From contig OX597822.1 of NCBI GenBank assembly GCA_951406725.2, positions 99,076,001 through 99,140,000 of the forward strand: DNA of 64,000 bases, in the 5' to 3' direction. Source of the DNA: Octopus vulgaris. Taxonomy: Eukaryota. Positions 11,160-22,722 of this stretch are shown here, one piece after another (position 1 is the stretch's first letter; every line of letters starts with the position of its first letter). The notes below the pieces were generated by a model. The model was not told the DNA's origin, did no database searches, and saw nothing but the letters and a program-made list of their open reading frames with translations. Made by a program: the position numbers and the translations under genes.

Positions 11160-13941
11160 AATATGCGTTATAATTTAACACACCCACTTTGAATTTACAC
11201 TTATTTCTTATTTTTATTTTCCTAAAATTTTTGTTGTATCTTGCAACCTTTTCAATAGTCTTGACTCTGTCCGTTATTTACACTGTGTTCCTTTTTGTTT
11301 TTTTTAGCGCACGTGTGTCGGTCAGTGTGTGTGTGTGCGTGCCTATGCATGCATGCATGTACGTATGTATGTGTGTATGTATGTGTGTATGCACGTGTAT
11401 GTATGTATACATGTGTGTGTATGCATATGTATATATGTATGTATATGTGTGTGTGAGCATGTGTCTGTATATGTATGCAGCTCTGTCTCTTTGTGTGTGC
11501 ATGTGTGTGTGTGTGTGTGTTTTGCAACTATGTACCATGTTTGTATGTATGGATGTGCAACTCCATATGTGTGGACACGTGTATCCATATGTCTCCTTGT
11601 GTGGCGTAAAGTGTGTGTGTGTATATATGGTCATGTGTTTCAGTCTCCATTTCTGAACCATCTCCAATCTGCTTCCTTCGATTGGAAGAGAGCAGATTGA
11701 AACCTGTACCACACTGAACTACAGCACCCAAACTGGCGTGAATTCTACAACTCTGGAGATGTGAATACTATAATCCAGAGTATCCTGGACTCAATATGGG
11801 CAGCATGTGCAGCATCAGTGCCACGTAAACAGAAAAAGAAGAACCGCCCCAAAAGGGCAATTTGGGAAACTTCAGTGGTCCGACTTGCCAGGAAGGAACG
11901 TCGGACTGCTGAACGGGAATACAAGTTGCATAAATCAGACACCAACAGGAAGAAGCGGAATAAATCTTCCAACCATCTCAAGCAAGTGACAAAAAAAAGC
12001 AGTGCTTGAATTTGAACAGTGCATAGCAGCCAATCCTGACAGCAAGGTTTTCTGGAAATATGTGCATTCAAAGCAGAGACCTCACTCTCCAGTGGGCCCT
12101 CTTCGCAACCCTCACACAAACCAGATCACTGACGACCCCAAGGAATGCGCAGAACTCATTGCCGAGTGCTATGCAAACATATTCACTGTTGAAAGTCAAA
12201 ATGTACCATCTTCACCATCACTAACAGCAAATTCCATAACAACTATGGAATTTACACCTACAATGCTGCGACGTCACCTTCAAAATAAGCGCAACTATGC
12301 CTCCCCTGGTCTCGATGGAGTTACATACCTGCTTCTCAAATGTGGCAGGTACTTCCTTTTACACCAGCTTTCTATTTCCTTCCAGTACTGTCTCAACAAT
12401 GGTGCTACTCCGGAGCAGTGGAAAACTGCCATTGTCATTCCTCTGTTCAAAAAGGGTGACTGCACATCACCTGTCAACTATCGCCCAGTCAGTCCCACTA
12501 GCTGTATTGCAAAACTGATGGAATCGTGTGTCAGAGAAACACTCTGGAACTTCTGGAGCTCTCACAGTCTCATCTGACCCTCACAATATGGATTTGTCCC
12601 TAACTCCAGCTGCAGTGATCAGCTTGTCGAGTTCCTTGAGGACATTACTCAGATCACTGACAGTGGCTCATGGGTGGATGTTGTCTACCTTGACTTTGCT
12701 AAGGCTTTCAACTCTGTGCCACACAAAAGGCTGGTGAAACTCTCTGCAATGGGTGTGAGGGATGACCTTTTTAACTGGTTGAAATCCTTCATTCTCAGCC
12801 GAAAGGAGGTAGTCACAGTTCTAGGACAGCATTCTACACCATATGAGATGTCATTGGGTGTACCACAGGGATCTGTCCTTGGTCCCCTCTTGTTTGTGGC
12901 ATACATTAATGACATAGATGCCAATTTAAAGAATGCCACAGTATTGAAATATGCAGACGACATCAAGCTGTACCTTGAAATCAAGAGGACAGATCCTGAT
13001 GTCTACAACTCTTTCCTGCAATCAGACCTAGACACAATGCAGCAATGGATCACAGACTGGCAACTGAAACTGGCTGTGGACAAGTGTACCACCATGCATT
13101 TTGGGAGAAAAAACCCTGCGTCCACATACTCCCTCCACAACACTGATATCAAGAAATCCTCTTGTGAGCGTGACCTAGGCATCACTGTCAGCAGTGATTT
13201 GCGTTGGACAAAGCATATCTCTAAAATTGTCAAGAAGGTCAGGGTGTCTTGGCATCACTCAGCAAGACTTTTGTTAGCCACTCTCCATCCATCTATTTAA
13301 AACTGTATACAGCTATGGTATGACCACACTTGGAATTCACATCATCAGTTTGGAACCCCTATCTTGCTCAGATAGAACATTGACCTCGTGGAATCTGTCC
13401 AGAGACGTGCAACCAAACGCATATCCTCCATCAGACACCTACCATATTCTGAGCGCCTTGTTTCCCTGGGCATGGATTCACTGAAGCTCCGGCGTCTGGC
13501 GACGAACTTGGTAAACACCCACAAAGTTATCAACCACCTCACCAACAACAACACTGAACACCTTTTTGATCTCCATGTGTCTAACACACGTGGACATGCC
13601 TACAAAGTCAGAAAACAACACAGCTCCCATGACTTTCGGAAACATTTTTTCACGCTCAGAGTTGCTGAAGCATGGAATAAACTGCCTGCGTCAGTTGTTG
13701 ACTGCCATGACACTGCATCCTTTAAGGCCCTCATGCTTTCCGAAATCCTCCGAAACTACACCTGATTATATATACACTTTAGATGAGTTGTAGTGCACCT
13801 GAGCACTGTACACAATTATTATTATTATTATTATTATTATATTTCATTTGCGTATGTGTGCTTGTCTGTTCATATAACCTATGTATCTATCTGTCTGTAT
13901 ATTGATCTGTTTATTTTCATATCCATATGCTTACATACATG

Positions 13942-13974
<33 letters not shown>

Positions 13975-14640
13975 GTACATCTATCTACATAACTGCCCAT
14001 TTTAGTCTACCTGTGTAAACTGTGGGTATGGAGGTATGATATCTACTATGTATATTTCCTATTTAGTATTGGGGAGGTTTCATTTATAAGGACGTACTTC
14101 CGTATTTGTCTGAGTGTTGGGTCTTTTGGGTACTTGGATAAGATGTGAATGTCAAGTTGACCCAAGTTGCTTCCATGGTGGTCTTTGGCATGTTGGTAGA
14201 GTATGGAGGACTGTTTTTTTGTCGTCATATTGTCTCAGTTGTTCATTTAGTCATTCCAAAATGCTTCTAGATGTCTCCCCTATGTACGTTATGTTCGTGT
14301 CCTTACAAGCACCTTCTATGCATCTTATGCTGTAAACTACATTTCGAGTTCTACAGATAATGCCAGGGCTAATTCTACATACCATGCAGTTATCATTGGT
14401 GCATATGGTATTCTCAAAGGGGTATGTCCTACATAGTTGTGATCTGACGGAGTTGCCTGGCTTTTCAACAATCTTAATGTCGAGTTTGGTATCCTTCAGA
14501 GCTTTTCTAAATCTAAGGGCTAGTTCTCCAAGGGCTGTGGCTTCTACAAACATCACTCCTTGATATTTGTTGGTTTTATACCATATGTTCACCCTGTTTG
14601 CTTTGTCACAAGCTCTTTGTATCCTATTCCATTCTTTGTT
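11160..14640 (-). mobile_element. Penelope-like element (Naiad-like GIY-YIG), 5'-truncated, interrupted by a CR1-like LINE
   Basis: 14046-14640 encodes VMFVEATALGELA...KIVEKPG...CTNDNCMVC...CRTRNVVYSIRC...YIGETSRS...LYQHAKDHH...DPTLRQI...LNRK; 13843-14045 and 11160-11652 continue colinearly with the 8880-10020 copy. Confidence 0.85.
11653..13842 (+). mobile_element. CR1-like non-LTR retrotransposon, 5'-truncated RT pseudogene
   Basis: SPGLDG, IVIPLFKKGD..SPVNYRPVS, DVVYLDFAKAFNSVPH, GVPQGSVLGPLLF..YIND, KYADD, ERDLGI, ESVQRRATK, TRGH..K, FFTLRV..AWNKLP; stops and frameshifts; (ATT)n tail; candidate TSD tccattt/ttcattt. Confidence 0.92.
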
Positions 14641-15110
14641 TCTATATTCATACATACAAACTTGGTACATAGTTGCAAAACACACATGCACACACACACA
14701 CAGACATGCATACACAAGAGGACAGAGGTGCATACATATACAAACACACATGCTCACACACACACATACATAAAAAATACACAGACACGGACATGCAAGC
14801 ACATGAATATGCAGAATACATACATAAAGATGCACACACATACATATATACATATGCATATACACACAGATATACATACACACAGATATACATACATACA
14901 TGCATGCATAGGCACACACACACACACACTGACCTACACACATGCACGCAAAAAAACAAAAAGGAACGCAGTGTAAATAACAGACAGAGTCAAAACTATT
15001 GAAAAGGTTGCAAGAAGCAACGAAAATTTTAGGAAAATAAAAATAAGAAATAAGTGGAAATTTTACCGGAGAGCGTGTTAAATTATAAGGCACAAAAAGA
15101 AAATGATTCC
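14640..15110 (+). mobile_element. Inverted copy of the PLE 3' region joined to the 5' truncation point (inverted pseudo-LTR)
   Basis: cagagtcaaaactattgaaaaggttgcaagaagcaacgaaaattttaggaaaataaaaataagaaataagtg is the reverse complement of 11193-11270. Confidence 0.8.
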
Positions 15111-15134
15111 CGCCAGAAACAACAGAATATATTA

Positions 15135-15292
15135 AATATTTTTACATTTAATCCTAACTGATTTACACTCTGGGAGTTATTCAAAGAAAATGAGAAGTTT
15201 AAGTTTACAAGCTTGAAATTCCTATATTTCTTATATTCTTTGAATAGCTCCCAGAGTGTAAACCAGCCAAAAATATAAATGTAAAAATATCG
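15135..15292. repeat. Imperfect fold-back, arms about 60 bp
   Basis: tttacactctgggagttattcaaagaa versus ttctttgaatagctcccagagtgtaaa; atatttttacattta versus taaatgtaaaaatat. Confidence 0.85.
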
Positions 15293-15765
15293 TATATATC
15301 TAAATGAAATACTTCTATTTATCTTTATTTAAAAGTTGTGCAATAATTATTTTAAGTTTATTGTGCAATCTCCTCCTCCTCTTCCTCACCACCACCACCA
15401 CCACCACCACCACCACCGCCATCCCTATTATACATCCTAACTTTTCAAAATCTACTGTGCAGACGCAGCCCTTCGCCAGCAATAACAAAATGCCAACTTT
15501 TAAACAAGATATAAACAAGAGGCACATAGTTGATCACCTCGTGTTTTACATATTTAATCTAAGGTGTACCTGTTGAGGAAGATTTCGCCTAGCGAATATT
15601 ATTTATTTGCTAAACTAAAATCAGAAACCAATTGGTCCAGGAAACTAGATGGTAAAATGTGTCGGATTTTGTCCCTAATTTTGTGGTTATAGAACCTAGC
15701 TGTTCTTTCTAGCTTGTTGAATCACACGAGTGGATTCCTTATGTGTTTAAATGTATACTGTCAGG

Positions 15766-16368
15766 CCATAACCTGTGGCCCCTACCTGGGACGTAGTCAG
15801 TCCACCTGTGCATACCTTCCTTCTTGTGACACTTGTGAAGACCTGTTGAGGCAAGTGAAAATCAAAACAAATCAAAATAGATGAGCATCAATGGAATTTG
15901 TATTTTTGTGGTACCAGTGCCGGTGGCACGTGGCACACAAGAAAACCATCCGAATGTGGCCGTAGCCAGTACCGCATTGACTGGCCTCCGTGCTGTGGGC
16001 ACGTAACAAACACCATCCGCTCGTGGCCGTTTGCCAGCCTCATCTGGCACCTGTGTCGGTGGCACGTAAAAACACCATCCGAGCGTGGCCGTCTGCCAGC
16101 CTCGTCTGGCACCTGTGTCGGTGGCACATAAAAAACACCATCCGAGCGTGGCCGTTTGCCAGCCTCGTCTGGCACCTGTGTCGGTGGCACATAAAATCAC
16201 CCACTACACTCTCGGAGTGGTTGGCGTTAGGAAGGGCATCCAGCTGTAGAAACACTGCCAGATCTGACTGGACTGGTGCAGCTTTCGGGCTCCCCAGACC
16301 CCAGTTGAACCGTCCAACCCATGCTAGCATGGAAAGCGGACGTTAAATGATGATGATGATGATGATGA
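15766..16368 (+). mobile_element. RTE family 1 3' UTR with internal ~60-bp tandem repeats
   Basis: Colinear with 21055-21695; repeats of ggtggcacgtaaaaacaccatccgagcgtggccgtttgccagcctc; (GAT)n tail. Confidence 0.9.
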
Positions 16369-16509
16369 TATATTAGTATTAATAATAATGAAATAAAAGA
16401 ATGAATGAGACCTCGACATTATGTAAAATAGAGGAATTTATCTATAAATATGATGTGTTACAATTAGTTGGTTATCATAATCAAACTCAGAGTTTCAGAT
16501 TCTATGTCT

Positions 16510-16740
16510 CTCTTGTGTGTCTGTGTTTGCCCCCACCCCCACCATCGCTTGACAACCGATGTTGGTGTGTTTATGTTCCCATAACATAGCAACTTGGCAT
16601 AAGAGACCGATATAATAAGTACTAGGCTTACAAAATAGTAAATCCTGGGTTTAATTTGTTCGACTAAAAGATGGTGCTCCAGCATGGCCGCAGTCAAATG
16701 ACTGAAACAAGTAAAAGAATAAAAGAATAAAAGAATATAT
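16510..16740 (+). mobile_element. SINE B 3' half
   Basis: catcgcttgacaaccgatgttggtgtg...ggtgctccagcatggccgcagtcaaatgactgaaacaagtaaaagaataaaagaat. Confidence 0.85.
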
Positions 16741-16841
16741 ATATAATGAAAACAGAGTGCCATGAATCAGTTTCAGATTACTGATTGAATGGGTGCTTGG
16801 AAACAAGGAAGAACTTTTAACAAATTGCTACAGAAATTAGA

Positions 16842-17262
16842 TACTCTTTTACTCTTTTACTTGTTTCAGTCATTTGACTGTGGCCATGCTGGAGCACCGC
16901 CTTTAGTCGAGCAAATCGACCCCAGGACTTATTCTTTGTAAGCCTAGTACTTATTCTATCGGCCACTTTTGCCGAACCACTAAGTTACAGGGACGTAAAC
17001 ACACCAGCATTGGTTGGTATGTTTACATCAACATCAAGGGATGTAGGAAGGGACAAACACAAACACACAAACACACATATATATATATATATACATATAT
17101 ACTACGGGCTTCTTCCAGTTTCCATCTACCAAATCCACTCACAAGGCTTTGGTCGGCCCGAGACCATAGTAGAAAAAACTTGTCCAAGGTGCCACGCAGT
17201 GGGACTGAACCCAGAACCATGTGGTTGGTAAGCAAAAGCAAGCTACTTACCACACAGCCACT
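16842..17262 (-). mobile_element. Full-length SINE B
   Basis: Same head, body and tail as 10050-10470. Confidence 0.9.
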
Positions 17263-17495
17263 TGCATTGAATATGAAATTTTGTGTTTTTATGTGTATTC
17301 ACTGATTACACTAAGATGCATATGTAGGTGTGTGTGCATCATTTAATGCTAATAGTTGTACTCATTAGAAAAACTCCCTGTTTATACTGTTTTTCTTATG
17401 ATGACAAGTGACATGAGCAGGCTTGAAATCACTAGTTTAGAGCCACTGATAACTTAATTACGACAAATTCTGTGTATTTTGTTTATCTGTTTACC

Positions 17496-17498
<3 letters not shown>

Positions 17499-17585
<87 letters not shown>
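17499..17585. repeat. (CA)n microsatellite, representative of dozens of TA, CA, TATG, TAGA, TAA and GAT tracts
   Basis: Direct observation. Confidence 0.99.
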
Positions 17586-17588
<3 letters not shown>

Positions 17589-18096
17589 CTAAATCAATTT
17601 GACATAACTGAAATGATAAACTGACAACATACCTGCAGGATGTTGGAACTACTGACATGATCGTAAATAGAAAATGTATTTCCTTTGTCGCTTGTTATGT
17701 TGCGGTCATTACACTTAACTACAAGAAGTAGCTCAGTAAAATATCTGCAGTATTTACTAATGACTCTTTATGTTCTGAGGTCAAATCCCAAGAAGATCAA
17801 CTTTACATTTTATCCTTCCAATGGTGAAAAAATAATAAAGGATCTGTCAAGTACCGGAACCAACTTGATATTCCTACAAATAAACCAGTATTTCTTCATT
17901 TTTATCTTTTAAATGTTTTAGTCATTGAATTGTGGCCATGCTGGAGCAGTGTCTTGAATGGGATTTTAATCAAACAAATCAACCCCAGTACTTATGGTCA
18001 CTTGGTCACTTTTTCTGAACAGATAAATTACAGAGACCTAAACAAAACAACACCAATTGCCAAGATGACACACAAAGACACATATGTGTGTGTGTA

Positions 18097-18176
<80 letters not shown>

Positions 18177-18255
18177 TGTGTGTGTGTGTGTGTGTACGTG
18201 TGTGCAAGTGTGTTATGACATGAATATACATGTCTGGAGTAAAATGGTATTCTGC

Positions 18256-18670
18256 AAGCTGGCAGAAACGCTAGCACGCCGGGTGAAATGTTTAGCAGTA
18301 TTTCGTCTGCCACTATGTTCTGAGTTCATATTCCGCCGAAGTTGACTTTGCCTTTCATCCTATCAGGGTCGATTAAAAAAGTACCAGTTACGCACTGGGG
18401 TCAATGTAATTGACTTAATCTGTTTGTCTGTCCTTGTTTCTCCTCTCTGTGTTTAGCCCCTTGTGGGTAGTAAAGAAATAGGTATTTCGTCTGCCGCTAC
18501 GTTCTGAGTTCAAATTCTGCTGAGGTCGACTTTGCCTTTCATCCTATCAGGGTCGATTAAATAAGTACCAGTTACACACTGGGGTCAATGTAATCAACTT
18601 AATCCGTTTGTCTGTCCTTGTTTGTCCTCTCTGTGTTTAGCCCCCTGTGGGCAGTAAAGAAATAGGTATT
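18256..18670 (+). mobile_element. SINE C with tandemly duplicated body (dimer)
   Basis: Head at 18256; body gtatttcgtctgcc...gtaaagaaatag occurs twice (18298-18481, 18482-18666). Confidence 0.85.
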
Positions 18671-18971
18671 ACATAAATAAATAATTGGTTGTGGTTATCT
18701 AAAAATAACCTATCACAGAAAAATATATTAACACAGAACATACTTCATACTACTTGACCGTAGGTGTAATACTCAGTATTTACTGTTTAACCACTGACTG
18801 TTAAACCAACACACATTGAACTAACACGTTTAACCAACATGGTTAACCAACACAGTCAAACTAACACCATCAGCTACTCAGTTTCTTTATTAGCCACAAG
18901 GGCCGAAATATAGAGGGAGACAAACAAGGACAGACAGGACACCACAGAGGGGACAATACATAGAACGAATA

Positions 18972-19203
18972 TATATTTCTTTACTACCCACAAGGGTCTA
19001 AACACAGAGGGGACAAACAAGGACAGACACACGGATTAAGTCGATTACATCGACCCCAGTGTGTAACTGGTACTTAATTTATCGACCCTGAAAGGATGAA
19101 AGGCAAAGTTGACCTCGTGGAATTTGAACTCAGAATGTAGCAGCAGATGAAATACGGCTACGCATTTCGCTCGGCGTGATTAACGTTTCTGCCAGCTCGC
19201 CTT
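18972..19203 (-). mobile_element. SINE C with 17-bp TSD
   Basis: aatacatagaacgaata (18955-18971) / aatacatagaatgaata (19204-19220). Confidence 0.9.
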
Positions 19204-20606
19204 AATACATAGAATGAATATGATGAGATGATTATACAACAATGGGGTTATGAATGGCTGCATACACCCTTCATCACATGCATTACCATTAATCTTTTTA
19301 AACTGTCCGTTTTTATCATGTATTTACATAACAATTAATTATTGTCTACCATTACAATTATTTGAACCGTTATATGTTCTTTAAAATTGTTCTTCTATTT
19401 TCCGATATTATTAAACAAAACATAAAACACTTACTCTTTCTTTTTCCTTTTTCTTTTTTCTTTTCTTTTTTCTTTTTTCTTTTCTTTTTTCCTGTCGATT
19501 TGACATACTTATTTACTTTTTAGTAATATTTCATTAGTGGTTCAATTTCTACTAAATCCACAACTGGTGGCAATTCTTTGAATTCCACCCTTACTCCTGG
19601 TGGGTCAAGCTACTCCCCTGACAATTCACTCAGTTCATATTTATTGTAATCGGTTAGTTCATCTTCACTCATGTGGGGGTGTTCAGGATTCTCCAATAAC
19701 AATATGACAGGCTTTCATATAGATAATAGTTTCAAATTTTTGGCAAGCAAAATGCTTAGCAATATTTGTCTATCTTCATGTTCTGAGATCAAATTTTGCT
19801 GAGATTCATTTTTCTCATTATCCCTTCAGGGTTGATTGAATAATAAGTACCAGTTGAGCACCGGGGTTGATGTAATCGACTTATTCTCTTCTCTGAAATT
19901 GCTGGCCTTGTGCTAAAATCTGACACCATTATTATCATGACTATTGAAACCATATTAAGAGATTGCAACTAGAAGACCGCTAGAGCTAAAAGTAAACTGG
20001 GCACCAGCATACTTGATATGGTGATTCAAGACATTTCTCTTTATTAAAATTACACTTATAACAAGGAGAAAAAGAATAATTATTTTATTGGCTGATTCTT
20101 GTCTGGGAAAGCATGTGACCTAGTAATTAGGATGTTTGGTTGTTGACCACAATTCAGTTTCTGGAACCAAGCAGTGCATTTTGCCCTTGAGCAAGGCACT
20201 TTATTTCATATTGCTCCAGTTTATATTGTTGTAATGGGTACCAAATGCTAGTACAGCTCTCTGTCTGTCAGTCTCTCTTTCTCTGTTTGTCTGTCTCTCT
20301 TCGTCTGTCTGTCTGTCTGTCTGTCAGTCAGTCTCTCTCTCTCTCTGTCTCTCTCTTTTCCTCCAGATACAATGTCCTGGATGTTTCACTGGGTCAAAAT
20401 TGAGAGTATGTCAATGTCTGCTCATGATAACATAGGCATTTTTAAAAATGAAAAAATTTTTTTTAGTTTCACCGCCGTTTATGTAAAGTCGACCTCGGCA
20501 GAATTTGAACTCAGAACGTAGCAACAGGCGAAATACCAATAAGCATTCCGCCCAGCATGCTACTGATTCTGCCAGCTCGCCGCCTTAGAAACAATTAGGG
20601 AAAGCA

Positions 20607-21695
20607 CAGAGTGAAAGGCAAACTGTATGATGCATGTGTACGAACAGCCATGCTACATGACAGTGAAACATGGGCCATGACTGCTGAGGATATGCGTAAG
20701 CTCGCAAGAAATGAAGCCAGTATGCTCCGATGGATGTGTAGTGTCAGTACTCATACTCGGCAGAGTGTAAGTACCTTGAGAGAAAAGCTGGACCTAAGAA
20801 GCATCAGTTGTGGTGTGCAAGAGAGACGTTTGCGCTGGTATGGTCATGTGGCGAGAATGGATGAAGATAGTTGTGTGAAAAAGTGCCACACCCTAGCGGT
20901 TGAGGGAACCTGCGGAAGAGGCAGACCCAGGAAAACCTGGGACGAGGTGGTGAAGCACAACCTTCGAACTTTAGGTCTCACTGAGGAAATGACTAGAGAC
21001 CGAGACCTCTGGAAGTGTGCTGTGCGTGAGAAGACCCGGCAGGACAAGTGAGTCCATAACCCGTGGCCTTCTACATGGATTGGAGCCAGCCTACGTATGC
21101 ATACCTTCCCTTCTTGGGACACAAAACTCTTCTTGTGAAGACCTGTTGAGGCAAGTGAGGATCAGAATCGAAATCGTTCAATGGAAATTGCAGATGTGTT
21201 ACCAGTGCCGGTGGCATGTCGAAACTCTACTTGTGAAGACCTGTTGAGGCAAGTGAGGATCAGAATTGAAATCGATCAATGGAAATTGCAGATGTGTTAC
21301 CAGTGCCGGTGGCATGTAAGAGAACCTTCCGTTTCACGACCGTTGCCAGCGCCGCCTCGACTGGCCTCATGCCGGTGGCACGTAAAAAGCACCATCCGTT
21401 CATGTCCGTTGCCAGCCTCACCTGGCCCTCGTGCCGGTGGCACATAAAAAGCACCATCCGTTCGTGGCCGTTTGCCAGCCCTGTCTGGCACCTGTGCGGG
21501 TGGCACGTAAAAAGCACCCACTACACTCACGGAGTGGTTGGCGTTAGGAAGGGCATCCAGCCGTAGAAACACTGCCAGATTTTGCCTGGGCCTGATGAAG
21601 CCTTCTGGCTTCACAGACCCCAGTAGAACCGTCCAACCCATGCTAGCATGGAAAACGGACGCTAAACGATGATGATGATGATGATGATGATGATA
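20607..21695 (+). mobile_element. RTE-clade LINE family 1, 5'-truncated (ORF C-terminus 20611-21051, 3' UTR, (GAT)n)
   Basis: KGKLYDACVRTAMLHDSETW...EASMLRWMC...RRLRWYGHVARM...GRGRPRKTW...DRDLWK are RTE post-RT motifs. Confidence 0.92.
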
Positions 21696-22265
21696 ATATA
21701 CATGTACCAAAGCTATATTCACTCATGCGTGATGGCAGGCTGTACTGTACATTTTGGTCCTGGACAAGCAGAATAGCGGGAGACAGCACTAGAATTTATA
21801 TTCATTAAAGCTAATAGAAAATAATAAAGAATAAAGTGTTGAGGTTGATCTTTAGCAGTACAGCTACAACTCTGAACATACTTTGGTCTAATTGGTTCTT
21901 GTCAGCACAAGATACTAAATAGATGTGTGAAGAGATATCTAACTGTACAAGCCAGTAAACTATTGTACAATAGGCATAGTAAGTTTTGCTATGCTCAGCT
22001 AATTTTAGCTGCTCAAATCAGAAATGTATTGTACAAAGGGTGAAACAGATATGTCAAGATAGTTGTAGCTGATCACATCAGTTTATAGCACATCCAAAAA
22101 TATAAAAGCATTATAGTTTGCTCAAAGCATTGTAGTTCAGAAGTGGAAAATGAAAGGAAATGGAAATACAGAAAATTTTATACTGGCTGTCAGAATGATG
22201 TAGACACCTTTAATGAGAACCCTATAAGATTCGAAAATCAATTAAGGTTGTGCATCATTTTTTTA

Positions 22266-22430
22266 GGCGTAGGAATGGCTGTGTGGTAAGTAGCTTGCTT
22301 ATGAACCACGTGGTTCTGAGTTCAGTCCCACTGCATGGCACCTTGGACAAGTGTCTTCTACTATAGCTTCGGACCGACCAAAGCTTTGTGAGTGGATTTG
22401 GTAGACAAAAACCGAAAGAAGCCCGTCGTA

Positions 22431-22501
<71 letters not shown>

Positions 22502-22722
22502 ATATGTTTGTGTGTCTATGTTTGTCCCCCCCCCCCCAACATCACTTGACAACTAATGCTGGTGTGTTTAAAGCCCTGTAACTTAGTGGTTCGGCAAGAG
22601 AGACCGATAGAATAAGTACTAGGCTTACAAAAAATAAGTCCTGGGGTTGATGTACTCGACTAAAGGTGGTGCTCCAGCATGGCCACAGTCAAATGACTGA
22701 AACAAGTTAAAGAGTAAAAGAG
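22266..22722 (+). mobile_element. Full-length SINE B
   Basis: ggcgtaggaatggctgtgtggtaag (A box), ggttctgagttcagtccc (B box), central (TA)n, aaaagagt tail. Confidence 0.9.

Noticed and set aside
14249-14256. In-frame TGA in the Naiad-like endonuclease as possible selenocysteine
   Set aside because: It replaces the conserved Arg (AGA in the 9026 copy), not a Cys; simple nonsense decay
15920-16200. Regular ~60-bp repeats resembling a CRISPR array
   Set aside because: No unique spacers, no cas genes, eukaryotic context; internal minisatellite of an RTE 3' UTR
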